Of a stretch of DNA of 64,000 nucleotides, positions 20,974 through 31,681 are shown one piece after another. The notes beneath the pieces were generated by a model. It was not told the origin of the DNA. It searched no databases and saw only the letters and a list, made by a program, of their open reading frames with translations. The translations under genes were made by a program, and so were the position numbers. The first letter of the stretch is position 1. Each line of letters starts with the position of its first letter. Origin of the DNA: Fidelibacterota bacterium (GTDB lineage: Bacteria; Fidelibacterota; Marinisomatia; Marinisomatales; Marinisomataceae); assembly GCA_045560295.1 (NCBI GenBank), contig JBJKZL010000001.1:595907-659906 (forward strand), in the 5' to 3' direction.

Positions 20974-21889
20974 TTATTTCTTTGATATAATTTCTGTCTT
21001 TATATTTTTTATTAACAATCAATTCACCCATTAAACCAAAAGTAAAAAGTTGAAGTCCAACAATAATCAAGATTGCTCCTAATATTATTAAAGCTATATG
21101 CTGCTGAAATGAATCAAGTAGAATATATTTGAGATATAAAACATAAATTTCAATCCCTATTCCAAGCAATGATGAAACAAATCCAAGAGATCCAAAAAAA
21201 TGTAGTGGACGGTCCATATATTTACCTAAAAACAATATTGTTAAAAAATCAAAAAATCCATCTGAATAGCGTTTTACGCCATATTTAGAAACTCCAAATT
21301 CTCTTTCTCTATGATCAACAACAACTTCTGATATTAAAAATTTCTTTTGATGAGCTAAAAGAGGTATATATCGGTGTCTTCCGCCATACAATGTAAGCAT
21401 CTCAGTCACTTCTCTCTTAAAAACTTTTATCCCACAATTTGAGTCATGTATTTTAAGACCGCTAAAAACTCTAACAAAAAAATTGAAGATTTTAGAAGCT
21501 ATTTTTTTCTCTAATGGGTCTTTTCGATTCTTTTTCCAACCTGAAACGACATCATATCCCTTTTCTAACTCTTTAATTAAGTTATAAATTTCTTTAGGAT
21601 TATCTTGAAGATCTGCATCCATGGTAGCTATAATTTCGCCTTTTGAATTATCAAATCCTGCTTGCAGAGCAACAGACTTCCCGTAGTTACGATATAAGTT
21701 GATTACTTTCCAACTAGGATAATTCTTAATTTTAGATTCAAGAATACTTAATGTATCATCTGAAGATCCATCATTGATAAAGATAATTTCTGTTTTAGCT
21801 TCTTGACTAAACAAACCTGACAACTCCATAAACAAGGCGTCTAAGGACTCTTGCTCATTATACATCGGGATAATTATAGACAGTTTCAT
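20966..21889 (-). CDS. Polyprenol-phosphate glycosyltransferase (GT2 with C-terminal TM helices; GtrB/ArnC/DPM1-like)
   Basis: 307 aa. LSIIIPMYNE...INDGSSDDT...MDADLQD catalytic core plus two C-terminal TM helices. Confidence 0.8.
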   Translation of the reverse strand: MKLSIIIPMYNEQESLDALFMELSGLFSQEAKTEIIFINDGSSDDTLSILESKIKNYPSWKVINLYRNYGKSVALQAGFDNSKGEIIATMDADLQDNPKEIYNLIKELEKGYDVVSGWKKNRKDPLEKKIASKIFNFFVRVFSGLKIHDSNCGIKVFKREVTEMLTLYGGRHRYIPLLAHQKKFLISEVVVDHREREFGVSKYGVKRYSDGFFDFLTILFLGKYMDRPLHFFGSLGFVSSLLGIGIEIYVLYLKYILLDSFQQHIALIILGAILIIVGLQLFTFGLMGELIVNKKYKDRNYIKEIIE

Positions 21890-22444
21890 TTATATCTCAA
21901 AATTTCTTCTTGTAAAAAGTATTGTATATTTTTGTTTATCATTATTTAAAGAAAATGTTAGCTCGTCCAAGAAGTTACTACCATCGACACTAATTAACTT
22001 CGTTGATATCAAAAAAACATTTCTGGTTTTAATCTGAAGATCTCTAAAAACATTTGGAGTACCCCACAATAATCTTTTATAGGTATTTGAATCAAATTTT
22101 GTAGCTATAGGCAAAAATTTAGTGAAGTCTTCTACATTTATTTCTTTATTTTTTCTCATATCAACATATCGTGTTTTCTCTCCATCAATCTCAACTAGGA
22201 ATAATTTTCTACCTATAATATCTTTAAAAACAATATATGAGAAATCATCTTTAGATTCGAAAACAAAATTGGATGAAAAATTTGACTTTCCTTTTCCTAT
22301 TAACTTTCCAGATCCAAAAGCTCTTGAATAACTTTTCTCTAATACTTCAATAGTCGCATGATTTGCACTATCTATTGAAACAAAATTTTTATTTGATGAA
22401 CAACCAGCTAAAATTAATAGTATAAATATTTTCCATTTACTCAT
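21890..22444 (-). CDS. Small lipoprotein, LolB/DUF4292-like (tentative)
   Basis: 184 aa. Lipobox LILAGCSS. Overlaps the upstream TPR gene by 8 nt. Confidence 0.4.
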   Translation of the reverse strand: MSKWKIFILLILAGCSSNKNFVSIDSANHATIEVLEKSYSRAFGSGKLIGKGKSNFSSNFVFESKDDFSYIVFKDIIGRKLFLVEIDGEKTRYVDMRKNKEINVEDFTKFLPIATKFDSNTYKRLLWGTPNVFRDLQIKTRNVFLISTKLISVDGSNFLDELTFSLNNDKQKYTILFTRRNFEI

Positions 22445-24065
22445 TTAATGCTCTAGAATTGTGATTTGAAATTTTTTCTATTAATTTCATATTTTCTTCA
22501 TCTAGCTCAAGGGCCTTTTTATAAAAAATCAATGCTTCATCTATTTCATTTAATTCTATTAGCACATCTCCATAATGCTCAAGAACTACTGAGCTAGTGT
22601 CATCATATACTATTGCTTCACCAATAAATTCCTTTGCTTTATCAAAATCATTTAGTTTAAAATAAATCCAACCAATTGTATCTAAATAGGATGATGTTTT
22701 TGGACTAAGTTCAATTGCTTTCTTTGCAAGCGTTAAAGCATATTCCACATCTTCATTTCTCTCAATTAAGCTATATGCATAGTTATTATAAGCTTGAGCA
22801 TCTTTAGTATTAATCGTAATAAGATCTGTATAAAGTTTATCTGATTGATCCCATTTTTCATTCTGATCATATACCATAGCTAATGCATGCATCGCTGGTA
22901 TCGAATTAGTATCAAGAGATAAAGCTTTTTTATAAAAATCTTCTGCATTAACAAACTCTTTCAATGAATAATATGCCAGGCCTAAGAAATAATTTACTTC
23001 AAAATCTTCTGGAAATATTTTTAACGCAATCGAAAGCTCCTCAACCACCATATCAAATCGTTGTAGACTTAATAATGAAATACTTTTATTTATATAACCC
23101 TCTTTATCTTCGGGATAAGAATTGATGTGTTTTTCTGATAATTCTATAGACTGATCAAACTTTCCAGATTCCCGATATAATGTAGATAAATAATATAATG
23201 CGAATCGATCTGTACTATTGATTTCCAATGATCTTTCAAAAAACTCTTCAGATTGATCATAGTATCCATTTCTTAGATATTGATATGCTAATTGATTATA
23301 TAGATTATTGATAAATGGATTCGATTGAAGCTCTTTGTTACTTAACAAAGACTCTATTTCATCCAAACTATTTATTTGTGATATTGATTCAATATATAGT
23401 TTTAAATATTCAGGATTACTAGGATCTGATAACAATAGTTTTTTTATGATAAGCGTCTTATCTCTATGATTTGCATCAATGGCTAACTTAGCAGCTACTT
23501 CAAGGGCTAAAGTTAGACTATTATCTTTATCATATGCTTCTTGATAGTATATTAAAGCACCATCTATATCATTTAACTCGGATTTTAAATCACCAATAAT
23601 AAATAAAATTTCAGCATTATCAGTATCAGTTTTTGATAATTCTTCAAAAATGTCAAGTGAGGATTCAAGATCATTTAAAGCAATATATTTTTTTCCTAAA
23701 GATATTTTATAATCTGAACTTATAGGGTCTTTTTCTATCGCCTTTTGAGCATAGCTAATACTTTTTTCGTATTTCTGGATCATCCAGTATCCTTCTGAAA
23801 TAGAATGATATACTTCTGCCGAATTAGAACCTTTCTCGATGGCTTCTTGAAATTCAATAATTGCTCTTGAATATTCACCCTGCTCCATAAACATCATACC
23901 GTCCATGAAAAACTGAATACCAGATAGGTCTTGTATATTTTCTTCAGAAATTTTATCTGATTTAATTTCAGTAGAATCTGAAGTCATTTCAATATTTGTA
24001 CTTGGAATACTACAACTCCATACAAAAAGGAAAAATAATATGACGATATTAGATTTTTTATACAT
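22437..24065 (-). CDS. Tetratricopeptide-repeat (TPR) protein, exported
   Basis: 542 aa. N-terminal hydrophobic segment, then many 34-aa TPR-like units (repeated A..YY.KAL..D motifs). Confidence 0.8.
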   Translation of the reverse strand: MYKKSNIVILFFLFVWSCSIPSTNIEMTSDSTEIKSDKISEENIQDLSGIQFFMDGMMFMEQGEYSRAIIEFQEAIEKGSNSAEVYHSISEGYWMIQKYEKSISYAQKAIEKDPISSDYKISLGKKYIALNDLESSLDIFEELSKTDTDNAEILFIIGDLKSELNDIDGALIYYQEAYDKDNSLTLALEVAAKLAIDANHRDKTLIIKKLLLSDPSNPEYLKLYIESISQINSLDEIESLLSNKELQSNPFINNLYNQLAYQYLRNGYYDQSEEFFERSLEINSTDRFALYYLSTLYRESGKFDQSIELSEKHINSYPEDKEGYINKSISLLSLQRFDMVVEELSIALKIFPEDFEVNYFLGLAYYSLKEFVNAEDFYKKALSLDTNSIPAMHALAMVYDQNEKWDQSDKLYTDLITINTKDAQAYNNYAYSLIERNEDVEYALTLAKKAIELSPKTSSYLDTIGWIYFKLNDFDKAKEFIGEAIVYDDTSSVVLEHYGDVLIELNEIDEALIFYKKALELDEENMKLIEKISNHNSRALNE

Positions 24066-24147
24066 ACGGATGCAAATTACATAGGAGTATGGATATATTC
24101 AATTTTGTTAAACTAAACTAAAAAAATAATATAACTCTGACTTTATG

Positions 24148-24636
24148 CTAGTATTCTTGATCGTTTACAAAGGATCCATCAATATTGTTCAAAAGATCAA
24201 TTTGTTTCATATCATCCATTTCTTCTTTGGATTCTAAAGAGTCTGCAGGGCTAATTAGTTCTTTTTTGTCTAATTCCTGATCAGCAAACATATATGTTGA
24301 GTTTGATTGCATTAGAAAAGAGGTTAATATAAAAATTGTTCCTAGAGCAAGAGTTAGATATGCAAAGTTTTGATTAGAAAATCCAAAAAGGCTTTTTTTA
24401 ACACTCTTATTTAGACTTAATGCTTCTATTTTTTGGTTTAACTTACTATCAAAGTCAGATGAAACCTTTAAATCTTGAGCTTGATTCATGGTAGAGATAG
24501 CATTGCGCACTTCATCTACTTTTAATTGATACTCGGGATGCTCAGACAAGAATTTTTCGAATTCTCTTCTTTCTTTTACATCCATATCGTTCTCAATCCA
24601 GCGAGAAATTCTATCTTCAAATTTATTGTAATCCAT
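24148..24636 (-). CDS. Putative anti-sigma factor (single-pass membrane protein)
   Basis: 162 aa. Lies immediately downstream of and abutting the ECF sigma gene. N-terminal helical region, central TM helix (FAYLTLALGTIFILTSFLM). Confidence 0.55.
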   Translation of the reverse strand: MDYNKFEDRISRWIENDMDVKERREFEKFLSEHPEYQLKVDEVRNAISTMNQAQDLKVSSDFDSKLNQKIEALSLNKSVKKSLFGFSNQNFAYLTLALGTIFILTSFLMQSNSTYMFADQELDKKELISPADSLESKEEMDDMKQIDLLNNIDGSFVNDQEY

Positions 24637-25209
24637 TTACTGCTCCTTAAAATGTTTCATTTTTTCACTCAACTGAATTCTACCTCTATTAATTCTAGAT
24701 TTGATAGTTCCAATTGGTATTTCTAGTATCTTACTAATCTCATCATAAGAAAGTTCCTGGAAATCTCGTAGCACCACTGCTATTCTGAAATTTTCAGGTA
24801 TTTCATCTAAGTATTTATTTAATTCTTCAACTGCTATCTTATTATGTACAGTACGCTCTAATGATTCATCTTTCATTTCTATCTCAATTGGCTTGCCTTC
24901 ATTTGTCCATAATGAATCAGTTCGCTTCCTTTTGTTTTTTCTTAATTCTGTTAGTGCATTATTTTTTGCTATTGTGTAGATCCAAGTAGAAAATTTTGCA
25001 ATGTTCTTATAATAGCTTGCATGAGTATAAAGTTTAATCAATGTATCCTGTACTACATCTTCAGCTTGTTCTCTGTTATTAAAATATCTAAAAACAAAAT
25101 TTAGTAGCCTATCTTTATACCTATCTACTAGTTCATTATAAGCATTAATATCTCCATCTTGAAATCTAGCGATTAACTTTTCGTCGGTTAACTTGAAAGG
25201 ATTATTCAT
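24637..25209 (-). CDS. ECF-type sigma-70 family RNA polymerase sigma factor
   Basis: Region 2 (DVVQDTLIKLY) and region 4 HTH (LSYDEISKILEIPIGTIKSRINRGR). I prefer the start MNNPFKL at 25209 over the track start at 25251, which would overlap holA. Confidence 0.85.
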   Translation of the reverse strand: MNNPFKLTDEKLIARFQDGDINAYNELVDRYKDRLLNFVFRYFNNREQAEDVVQDTLIKLYTHASYYKNIAKFSTWIYTIAKNNALTELRKNKRKRTDSLWTNEGKPIEIEMKDESLERTVHNKIAVEELNKYLDEIPENFRIAVVLRDFQELSYDEISKILEIPIGTIKSRINRGRIQLSEKMKHFKEQ

Positions 25210-26206
25210 ATCTGAAGATTCCACTGATAAGGTTTGTAAATTCTGATTCATCTATAATATTTCTTGTTTTAATTTTTTTATCTAATGCGCCTAAAAGCTT
25301 AATACTTGTTTCAATTTCTTCTAAAGTATACTTGTTTGAGGATGAAGAAATTTTATTTACAATTTTACCTCTTAAAGTCTTACGACTATTATCCGTAATT
25401 GTTCCATTATTTAATTTTGCATAAAATAATGCTTCAAATATTGTGAAAAGAGAATTTATCATATACAATAATCCGAATTGATTTATAATGGATGATCCAA
25501 ATTGTAAAACCTTATCTACATCTTTATCGCATACAGCATAATTAAACTCCCATATTTGCTTATTCTTTTTCCAATCATAGAAACTATCTAACCATTCAGT
25601 TTTAGAACCATCTATGTCTTCTGCAATTATACTTAGCTTGGAAATTTCGTTATAAATTGCCGAAAAATTAGTACCAAATATATCAATTAAGCTATTTGCA
25701 ATCTCTCGTGTCATTTTAAATCCTAAATCATCGGAAAATATCTTAATCCATTTAATCATTTCACTTTCGAATGGCGTAGTAATATCAACAACGCTAAACA
25801 AATCACTAATATCTTTAGTTGAGCTATTTTTAATAAAATTTGTTTTTGTTCCATAGTCAAAACCTAGAAAACTATGATCAACACATACGATTCTATTGGG
25901 ATTTTCTTTATTAGATAATGCACTTTTAAAGGCATCCTTATTCTTGGCTGAAATCTTATTGATATTTTTAATAACAATAAAATTCTTATCTGCAAATAAG
26001 TCAATAGCATTTAGTGTATTTAATATATCTTGCTGAGAGGTTGATTTATCTGAACAATCAAACAGTTTTGTTTCTATTAAATCTGTGTTTGATTCCTTAA
26101 TTATTTTCTTGAGGTATAAATATAGAAAGTCGCTGTCTCCAACCAATAGATAATTATTGTTTGGATTATTTCTAATTTCTTGGATTGCTTGTAGGGCCTT
26201 AATCAT
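25202..26206 (-). CDS. holA: DNA polymerase III delta subunit
   Basis: 334 aa. Length and N-terminal pattern (YLLVGDSDFL) fit HolA; similarity is weak by eye. Confidence 0.55.
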   Translation of the reverse strand: MIKALQAIQEIRNNPNNNYLLVGDSDFLYLYLKKIIKESNTDLIETKLFDCSDKSTSQQDILNTLNAIDLFADKNFIVIKNINKISAKNKDAFKSALSNKENPNRIVCVDHSFLGFDYGTKTNFIKNSSTKDISDLFSVVDITTPFESEMIKWIKIFSDDLGFKMTREIANSLIDIFGTNFSAIYNEISKLSIIAEDIDGSKTEWLDSFYDWKKNKQIWEFNYAVCDKDVDKVLQFGSSIINQFGLLYMINSLFTIFEALFYAKLNNGTITDNSRKTLRGKIVNKISSSSNKYTLEEIETSIKLLGALDKKIKTRNIIDESEFTNLISGIFRYE

Positions 26207-26212
26207 ATAATA

Positions 26213-27718
26213 CTATTTTTCAGTTTCTTCGACAACTACACCGTAACTGCCAGATTGTAAGATAGAATTTTTAGAACTTCCTGTGTTAGTCTTAGTAGTT
26301 TTTTTGTATTTACTTACAATAACTATAGCAAGAAAAGCAAAAACAAAACTACTTAGTCGCTCAGTAACAATTGACTTTAAATAAGGACTACTTCCCCAAA
26401 TTAGCGTAGTAATAGCCCCCGTAAATAAACCTGAAATTACTCCTTCTCTTGTTGTTTTATTCCACCATAAAGCCAATAATACTGCTGGACCAAATGATGA
26501 ACCAAGACCACTCCAAGCAAAACTAACAATGCTAAAGATGGTATTACCTGAATATTCAGAATACATTGCTACGATATAAGCAAATATACCCAAGAGCACT
26601 GTGATAATTCTGGTATTCAGTAGAGTATCTGATTCTTTTCTTTTTTTAATAGCATTAATACCTAAATCTTCACTAATAGCTGATGTTGATACTAATAATT
26701 GCGAATCCGCAGTAGACATCATTGCTGCTACTGCTCCAGAAATTAATAAACCAGCTAACCATCCAGGTAATAATGTTTGTGCAAGTAAAGGCATAATAAT
26801 TTCTGGATCTTTTCCAATAAAGAAATCTTCTCCAAAATATGCCATTCCTACAATACCTATTAGAAATGCACCTGAAATCCCTGGAATAGCCCACAAAGAA
26901 GCAATCCATCTAGCTTTTTTTACTTCTTTAACTGAACTAATAGCCATATACCTGATAAGTAGATGAGGTTGTCCAAAATAACCTAAACCCCAACTCAAGC
27001 CTCCAGTTGCTACTGATAAAGCTGCAAGCCCCGTCATACCCGCAAATAAAGAGCTTTTTGCAGGATCCTTGCTCACTAATAGCTCAGATAATGGTTGTTC
27101 AAGAGATGATAATTCAATTAATCCTACAATTGGCAAAATAACTAAAGTACCAATCATTAAAATACCTTGAAGAAGATCAGTCCATGCAACAGCTAATAAG
27201 CCACCCATAATTGTATATAAAATGATTACAAATGCACCTAATGTAATCCCCTGTAATGGATCAATTCCAAAAATTGTATTCAATATTTTTCCCGACCCAT
27301 GAAATTGTGCGGATACATAAAAAGTAAAAAATATGCCGATGATAATAGCTGATGTCAGCTTTATAATGCCCGATGAATCATTAAATTTTTTGTGAAGATA
27401 TTCTGGAACAGTAAGTGCTTCATATTTTTCAGTCTCGTACCTTAGCTTTTCTGCGATTAGAAACCATGATGAGATAATGCCAAGAGTGATACCAATTACC
27501 GCCCAGATTTCACCATACCCTACGGCAATAGCTGCTCCTGGTAGTCCTAAAATAAGCCATGCCGATTCTCCAGAGGCTCTTTCTGAGAATGCTGTAACCC
27601 AAGGCCCTAGTCTTCTACCAGCTAGTAAGAAATCTAATTGAGATGCAACAAATCTATTTGACAATAAGCCGATAAAAATAATCAGAAGAAGATATAATGT
27701 AAAAATGATTTCGATCAT
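26213..27718 (-). CDS. putP: Sodium/proline symporter-like SSS transporter
   Basis: 501 aa. FLLAGRRLGPWVTAFSERASGESAWL and WTDLLQG motifs typical of PutP-type SSS carriers. Confidence 0.7.
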   Translation of the reverse strand: MIEIIFTLYLLLIIFIGLLSNRFVASQLDFLLAGRRLGPWVTAFSERASGESAWLILGLPGAAIAVGYGEIWAVIGITLGIISSWFLIAEKLRYETEKYEALTVPEYLHKKFNDSSGIIKLTSAIIIGIFFTFYVSAQFHGSGKILNTIFGIDPLQGITLGAFVIILYTIMGGLLAVAWTDLLQGILMIGTLVILPIVGLIELSSLEQPLSELLVSKDPAKSSLFAGMTGLAALSVATGGLSWGLGYFGQPHLLIRYMAISSVKEVKKARWIASLWAIPGISGAFLIGIVGMAYFGEDFFIGKDPEIIMPLLAQTLLPGWLAGLLISGAVAAMMSTADSQLLVSTSAISEDLGINAIKKRKESDTLLNTRIITVLLGIFAYIVAMYSEYSGNTIFSIVSFAWSGLGSSFGPAVLLALWWNKTTREGVISGLFTGAITTLIWGSSPYLKSIVTERLSSFVFAFLAIVIVSKYKKTTKTNTGSSKNSILQSGSYGVVVEETEK

Positions 27719-28488
27719 AAGACTAAACTAATAATTATGCAGTACAATCCAAACCAAGCAAAACTATATTTCTCAAGAAACTTTATTAAAAATATTAAAC
27801 TAAAGTAACCAAATATAAATGATGAAATAAATAAGATAACACCGGACTCAAAAGCAAGTGCCTCAAAGCCATCAGAAAATAAAATTTTATAAACAATTGA
27901 TAGAAGAATTACAGGAACGGCCATAAAGAAGGCATACTGAATGATTTTCTTTTTTTCTAGACCTATAAATAACCCATAACTGATAACCATTCCCGATCTT
28001 GATATTCCTGGTAACATTGCTAATGCTTGAAATAAACCTAAAAATAATGAAGTTTTATAATCCCACTTCCATTGAGATGGATTTTCAAATGTTGTAGAGT
28101 TATTCATTATATCCCTTAGTCCACTTAATGCAATTAAAAATCCTCCATTACACAGTAATGCAGTTTTAACAAAACTATAATTAAAAAATATTTCTAAATC
28201 AAAAAATAAACCACATAAAACAGCTGGTACAGTAGAGACTATAAGCATTTTTAAAGTATTTATATTGAAGAAGTCATCAGAATTTTTACTTGAAAAAAAT
28301 GTGGCTCTATAAAATAGGATAATACTAAACAGTGTACCAAAATGCGCAATAATTTCAGCAGAAGCTCCTGCATTATTAATACCTAAAAAATCTTCAAATA
28401 GTACTAGATGTCCAGAACTACTTATAGGAAAAAATTCAGTTACACCTTGAACAAAACCTAGAATCATATAATTAATTAATTCATTCAT
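27715..28488 (-). CDS. uppP: Undecaprenyl-diphosphate phosphatase
   Basis: 257 aa. N-terminal GFVQGVTEFFPISSSGHL and PGISRSG motifs. Confidence 0.9.
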   Translation of the reverse strand: MNELINYMILGFVQGVTEFFPISSSGHLVLFEDFLGINNAGASAEIIAHFGTLFSIILFYRATFFSSKNSDDFFNINTLKMLIVSTVPAVLCGLFFDLEIFFNYSFVKTALLCNGGFLIALSGLRDIMNNSTTFENPSQWKWDYKTSLFLGLFQALAMLPGISRSGMVISYGLFIGLEKKKIIQYAFFMAVPVILLSIVYKILFSDGFEALAFESGVILFISSFIFGYFSLIFLIKFLEKYSFAWFGLYCIIISLVL

Positions 28489-29107
28489 TGTAGTAAATCC
28501 ATCCTTTCATCCTTTTATCTGTTTTATCTCTTCTATATGAATGATAATTCAAATTATCATATGTACATTCATTAGTATTCAAAATGTCTAATATACCATA
28601 AGAAGCAAATTTATCTATTGCAACTTCTTGTAAACTTAAAAAAATCTTTCCATCTTTTACTATGGAAAATTTTGAATCAAAATATTCCATTACATCGTTT
28701 TGAATTTCAAAATTTCTTTTACTAATAGATGGACCAATAAAGACTTTAATATTTCTTAGATTGAAATCCTGTTCTTTAAGCAATTCTATACTATTTTCAA
28801 TAATTCCACTTGCCAGACCGCGCCACCCAGCATGAATAGCTCCAAAGAAAGATGATTTCTTATCAAAAATAAAAATGGGCATACAGTCTGCTACTTTTAC
28901 TTGCAAAGCAATATCTCTATTTGATGTAATGAGTGCATCAGTAGATTTATATATTTGCTTATTTCCATAAATGAAATTAACTGTGCTTGAATGTGTTTGA
29001 TCCATTTGCACTATAGGTTTGCTACCAATTGCTGGAGACAGGTTATCTGTATTAAAAATGATATTGAGATTTTTTATATTAATTTCTTTTGAATAATCAA
29101 TCCACAT
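28481..29107 (-). CDS. pgeF: YfiH/PgeF (DUF152) family protein, short form
   Basis: 208 aa. QTHS, ADCMPI and HAGWRG motifs. Confidence 0.75.
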   Translation of the reverse strand: MWIDYSKEINIKNLNIIFNTDNLSPAIGSKPIVQMDQTHSSTVNFIYGNKQIYKSTDALITSNRDIALQVKVADCMPIFIFDKKSSFFGAIHAGWRGLASGIIENSIELLKEQDFNLRNIKVFIGPSISKRNFEIQNDVMEYFDSKFSIVKDGKIFLSLQEVAIDKFASYGILDILNTNECTYDNLNYHSYRRDKTDKRMKGWIYYNE

Positions 29108-29113
29108 AAAAGA

Positions 29114-30925
29114 CTATTCAGTTATAGCCGTTTTGGAAATACGTCTATTTGAATATTGTAATATATTTACACCTTGATTGACCATGCCATTACTAAAATC
29201 AAACGATCTTGTATTAGATAATTTATTTGGTTTGCTTTCATTAAAAAAGAAGAAGCTATTATTCTTATTTTCTACTTCAATAATAAACTGAGCAAAATCT
29301 AATCCATAATGAAAAAAGTTATTTAGTTTTGGATCATAATCGAACTCGTTCCCAATTCTATATTTAGGATTAAATGTGCTAACAAAATACATTCCTGATA
29401 TATGAGGAGAGATGGTCTCTTGATTGATAAAATCTAAATCTAACCATAAGTCGTTTCCAAGCAACTGTGTTTGAAGATTTGATAAGGAAATTTGTGCACC
29501 AACATATTTTAATCCTTCATCTGCTAAAGGAAAAAATATTCCATCAATTGACTCTAAAACAACCTTAGTAGAATCGATACTTTCATCTTCCTGAATATCA
29601 AAAATATCATAAACTTCGTCCGCTTCCACATTAAACATTGAATCTAAAAGATCAATATCAACTCCTAAAAATTCTTGATATTCATCTTGAGCATTAATTT
29701 CCCAAGCAATTTCACGTAAATCTTTAAATAAACTTCTTAGATCAATTGGGTCAGAATTTTCATACCATTGAATTGAAACAGGCTCTTTATTTAATCTATC
29801 CATTTCTTTCAAAAAAGAATCTACTTCATTAATTCCTTCTTTCGTTCTTGGAGCAATAATTGCTACTTTTTCTAAATTAAGATTATTAACAACATGATTT
29901 GCGAGGACTTGGTTTTTAGTATCTAAAGATGAATCTAGCAGATATACATTTTTATTGATTGAATGAATACTTTCATCATTTGAATTTGGTGCAAAAATAG
30001 GAATGTCAGAATTAGATAATGCCGTAGCAGCAGATATTAAGTTTTCATCTGACAATGGCCCAATAATAGCATCTACTTTATGAAAATTGACTAAGTCATT
30101 ACATGCACGTACAGTGTTTAACTGTTTTCCATAGTTATCTACAACAATAAATTGAATTTTGTTGCTGTTATTTGACAACTCATTCCCTTCTTGTAATCCT
30201 GATAGAAATGCTTTTGCCTGCAATGAATTCTCACCAGTCAATGGTAGTACTACTCCCATTTTTAATCCAAATGAATTACTAGTTGAAATATTCTTTCTAA
30301 GGTATCGATGAGAAGATCTCAATTCTCTTGGAAGCATATTATAATCAATCGAGGAAAATACATCTTTCAAATTTGTTGAATTATTTCTTGCCATTGAAAA
30401 TGACTGTGCTAGCATCAAAATATTTCTATTTATAATATTATCCTCAGTCAATAATAATAGACCAATTTGTTGCTCATCTAATTCCATTCTCACTAATTTT
30501 TTAAATCGCTGATTAATACGCTTATTAGATCTTGAATCAATATTACTTTTATTAGCAAGTAAGTAGTGTTCGAAAGACTTATTAAAAAATCCCATTTCTG
30601 AAAAGATATCTCCCATTTCTAAGTTATATATTGTATTAAGATTAGGTTCTAATGCATGGATACTAACATTTTTTTTAATAGATAATGCTTTTTCGAGATC
30701 TCCATTACCATGAAAAGCTTTCATTTTGATTATTAAAGCATGATTTGATAATATTGAGTTAGAGAAGTCATTTTTCTCAATCCTATTAATGGCATTATTG
30801 AATTTTTTACTGTTGATATCTGCTACAGCTTTGTTTAGCTCTAACTGAAGATATTCATCATTAGAATTTTGCGCTATTACTAACGAAATAAACAGAATAA
30901 AAAGTATTTTTTTCATAGGATTCAT
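29114..30925 (-). CDS. Exported TPR + periplasmic-binding-fold protein (LpoA / Peripla_BP_6-like)
   Basis: 603 aa. Signal peptide and helical-repeat N-terminus. The central GVVLPLTGENSLQAKAFLSGLQ resembles type-I periplasmic binding proteins and penicillin-binding-protein activators. Confidence 0.5.
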   Translation of the reverse strand: MNPMKKILFILFISLVIAQNSNDEYLQLELNKAVADINSKKFNNAINRIEKNDFSNSILSNHALIIKMKAFHGNGDLEKALSIKKNVSIHALEPNLNTIYNLEMGDIFSEMGFFNKSFEHYLLANKSNIDSRSNKRINQRFKKLVRMELDEQQIGLLLLTEDNIINRNILMLAQSFSMARNNSTNLKDVFSSIDYNMLPRELRSSHRYLRKNISTSNSFGLKMGVVLPLTGENSLQAKAFLSGLQEGNELSNNSNKIQFIVVDNYGKQLNTVRACNDLVNFHKVDAIIGPLSDENLISAATALSNSDIPIFAPNSNDESIHSINKNVYLLDSSLDTKNQVLANHVVNNLNLEKVAIIAPRTKEGINEVDSFLKEMDRLNKEPVSIQWYENSDPIDLRSLFKDLREIAWEINAQDEYQEFLGVDIDLLDSMFNVEADEVYDIFDIQEDESIDSTKVVLESIDGIFFPLADEGLKYVGAQISLSNLQTQLLGNDLWLDLDFINQETISPHISGMYFVSTFNPKYRIGNEFDYDPKLNNFFHYGLDFAQFIIEVENKNNSFFFFNESKPNKLSNTRSFDFSNGMVNQGVNILQYSNRRISKTAITE

Positions 30926-30935
30926 TATAAAAATA

Positions 30936-31256
<321 letters not shown>

Positions 31257-31679
31257 CTATCTTAATCTTTTTTTAAGTGGAGCTCCATTTTCATACATGA
31301 TTTTTTCTAAAACCTTTCCATTTGGTTTATAAAAAGTTACAAGACCGTCTAAATCTCCTTTTTTATAATTAACCTTCACATAAATTTCACCATTATCATG
31401 ATAAAAAATGTAAGGTCCATCTAATTCACCATTATAATAATTAGCATCAGTACGAATTTGACCATTTTCGTAGTAATCTCTATAGATACCATGATTCATA
31501 TTACCTTTTACTGTACGCTCTATTTTTATACTTATATTAAGATCATCATAGTATTCCTTAATAATTCTTGCTTCAGTATTATTATTTAGGGTGCCAAATA
31601 CAGTCCCTTCATAGCTTTGCATTTGCTGCGCACAAAGAATAGATACGAAAAAAAATGGTAGTATTAAAATTTTATTCAT
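31257..31679 (-). CDS. MORN-repeat-variant (YwqK-like) exported protein
   Basis: 140 aa. Signal peptide, then repeated G...Y.NG....... units (YENGQIRTDANYYNGELDGPYIFYHDNGEIYVKVNYKKGDLDG). Confidence 0.6.
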   Translation of the reverse strand: MNKILILPFFFVSILCAQQMQSYEGTVFGTLNNNTEARIIKEYYDDLNISIKIERTVKGNMNHGIYRDYYENGQIRTDANYYNGELDGPYIFYHDNGEIYVKVNYKKGDLDGLVTFYKPNGKVLEKIMYENGAPLKKRLR

Positions 31680-31681
31680 TT

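Noticed and set aside
26601-26966. Long antisense ORFs inside well-supported CDSs: 26601-26966 and 26673-26909 in putP, 46032-46391 in nupC, 53302-53655 in fadE, 55730-56050 in tkt, and 36651-36944 in the sulfatase.
   Set aside because: They are shadow ORFs opposite genes with clear family signatures. Their translations are low-complexity with no motifs, and nothing supports overlapping coding.
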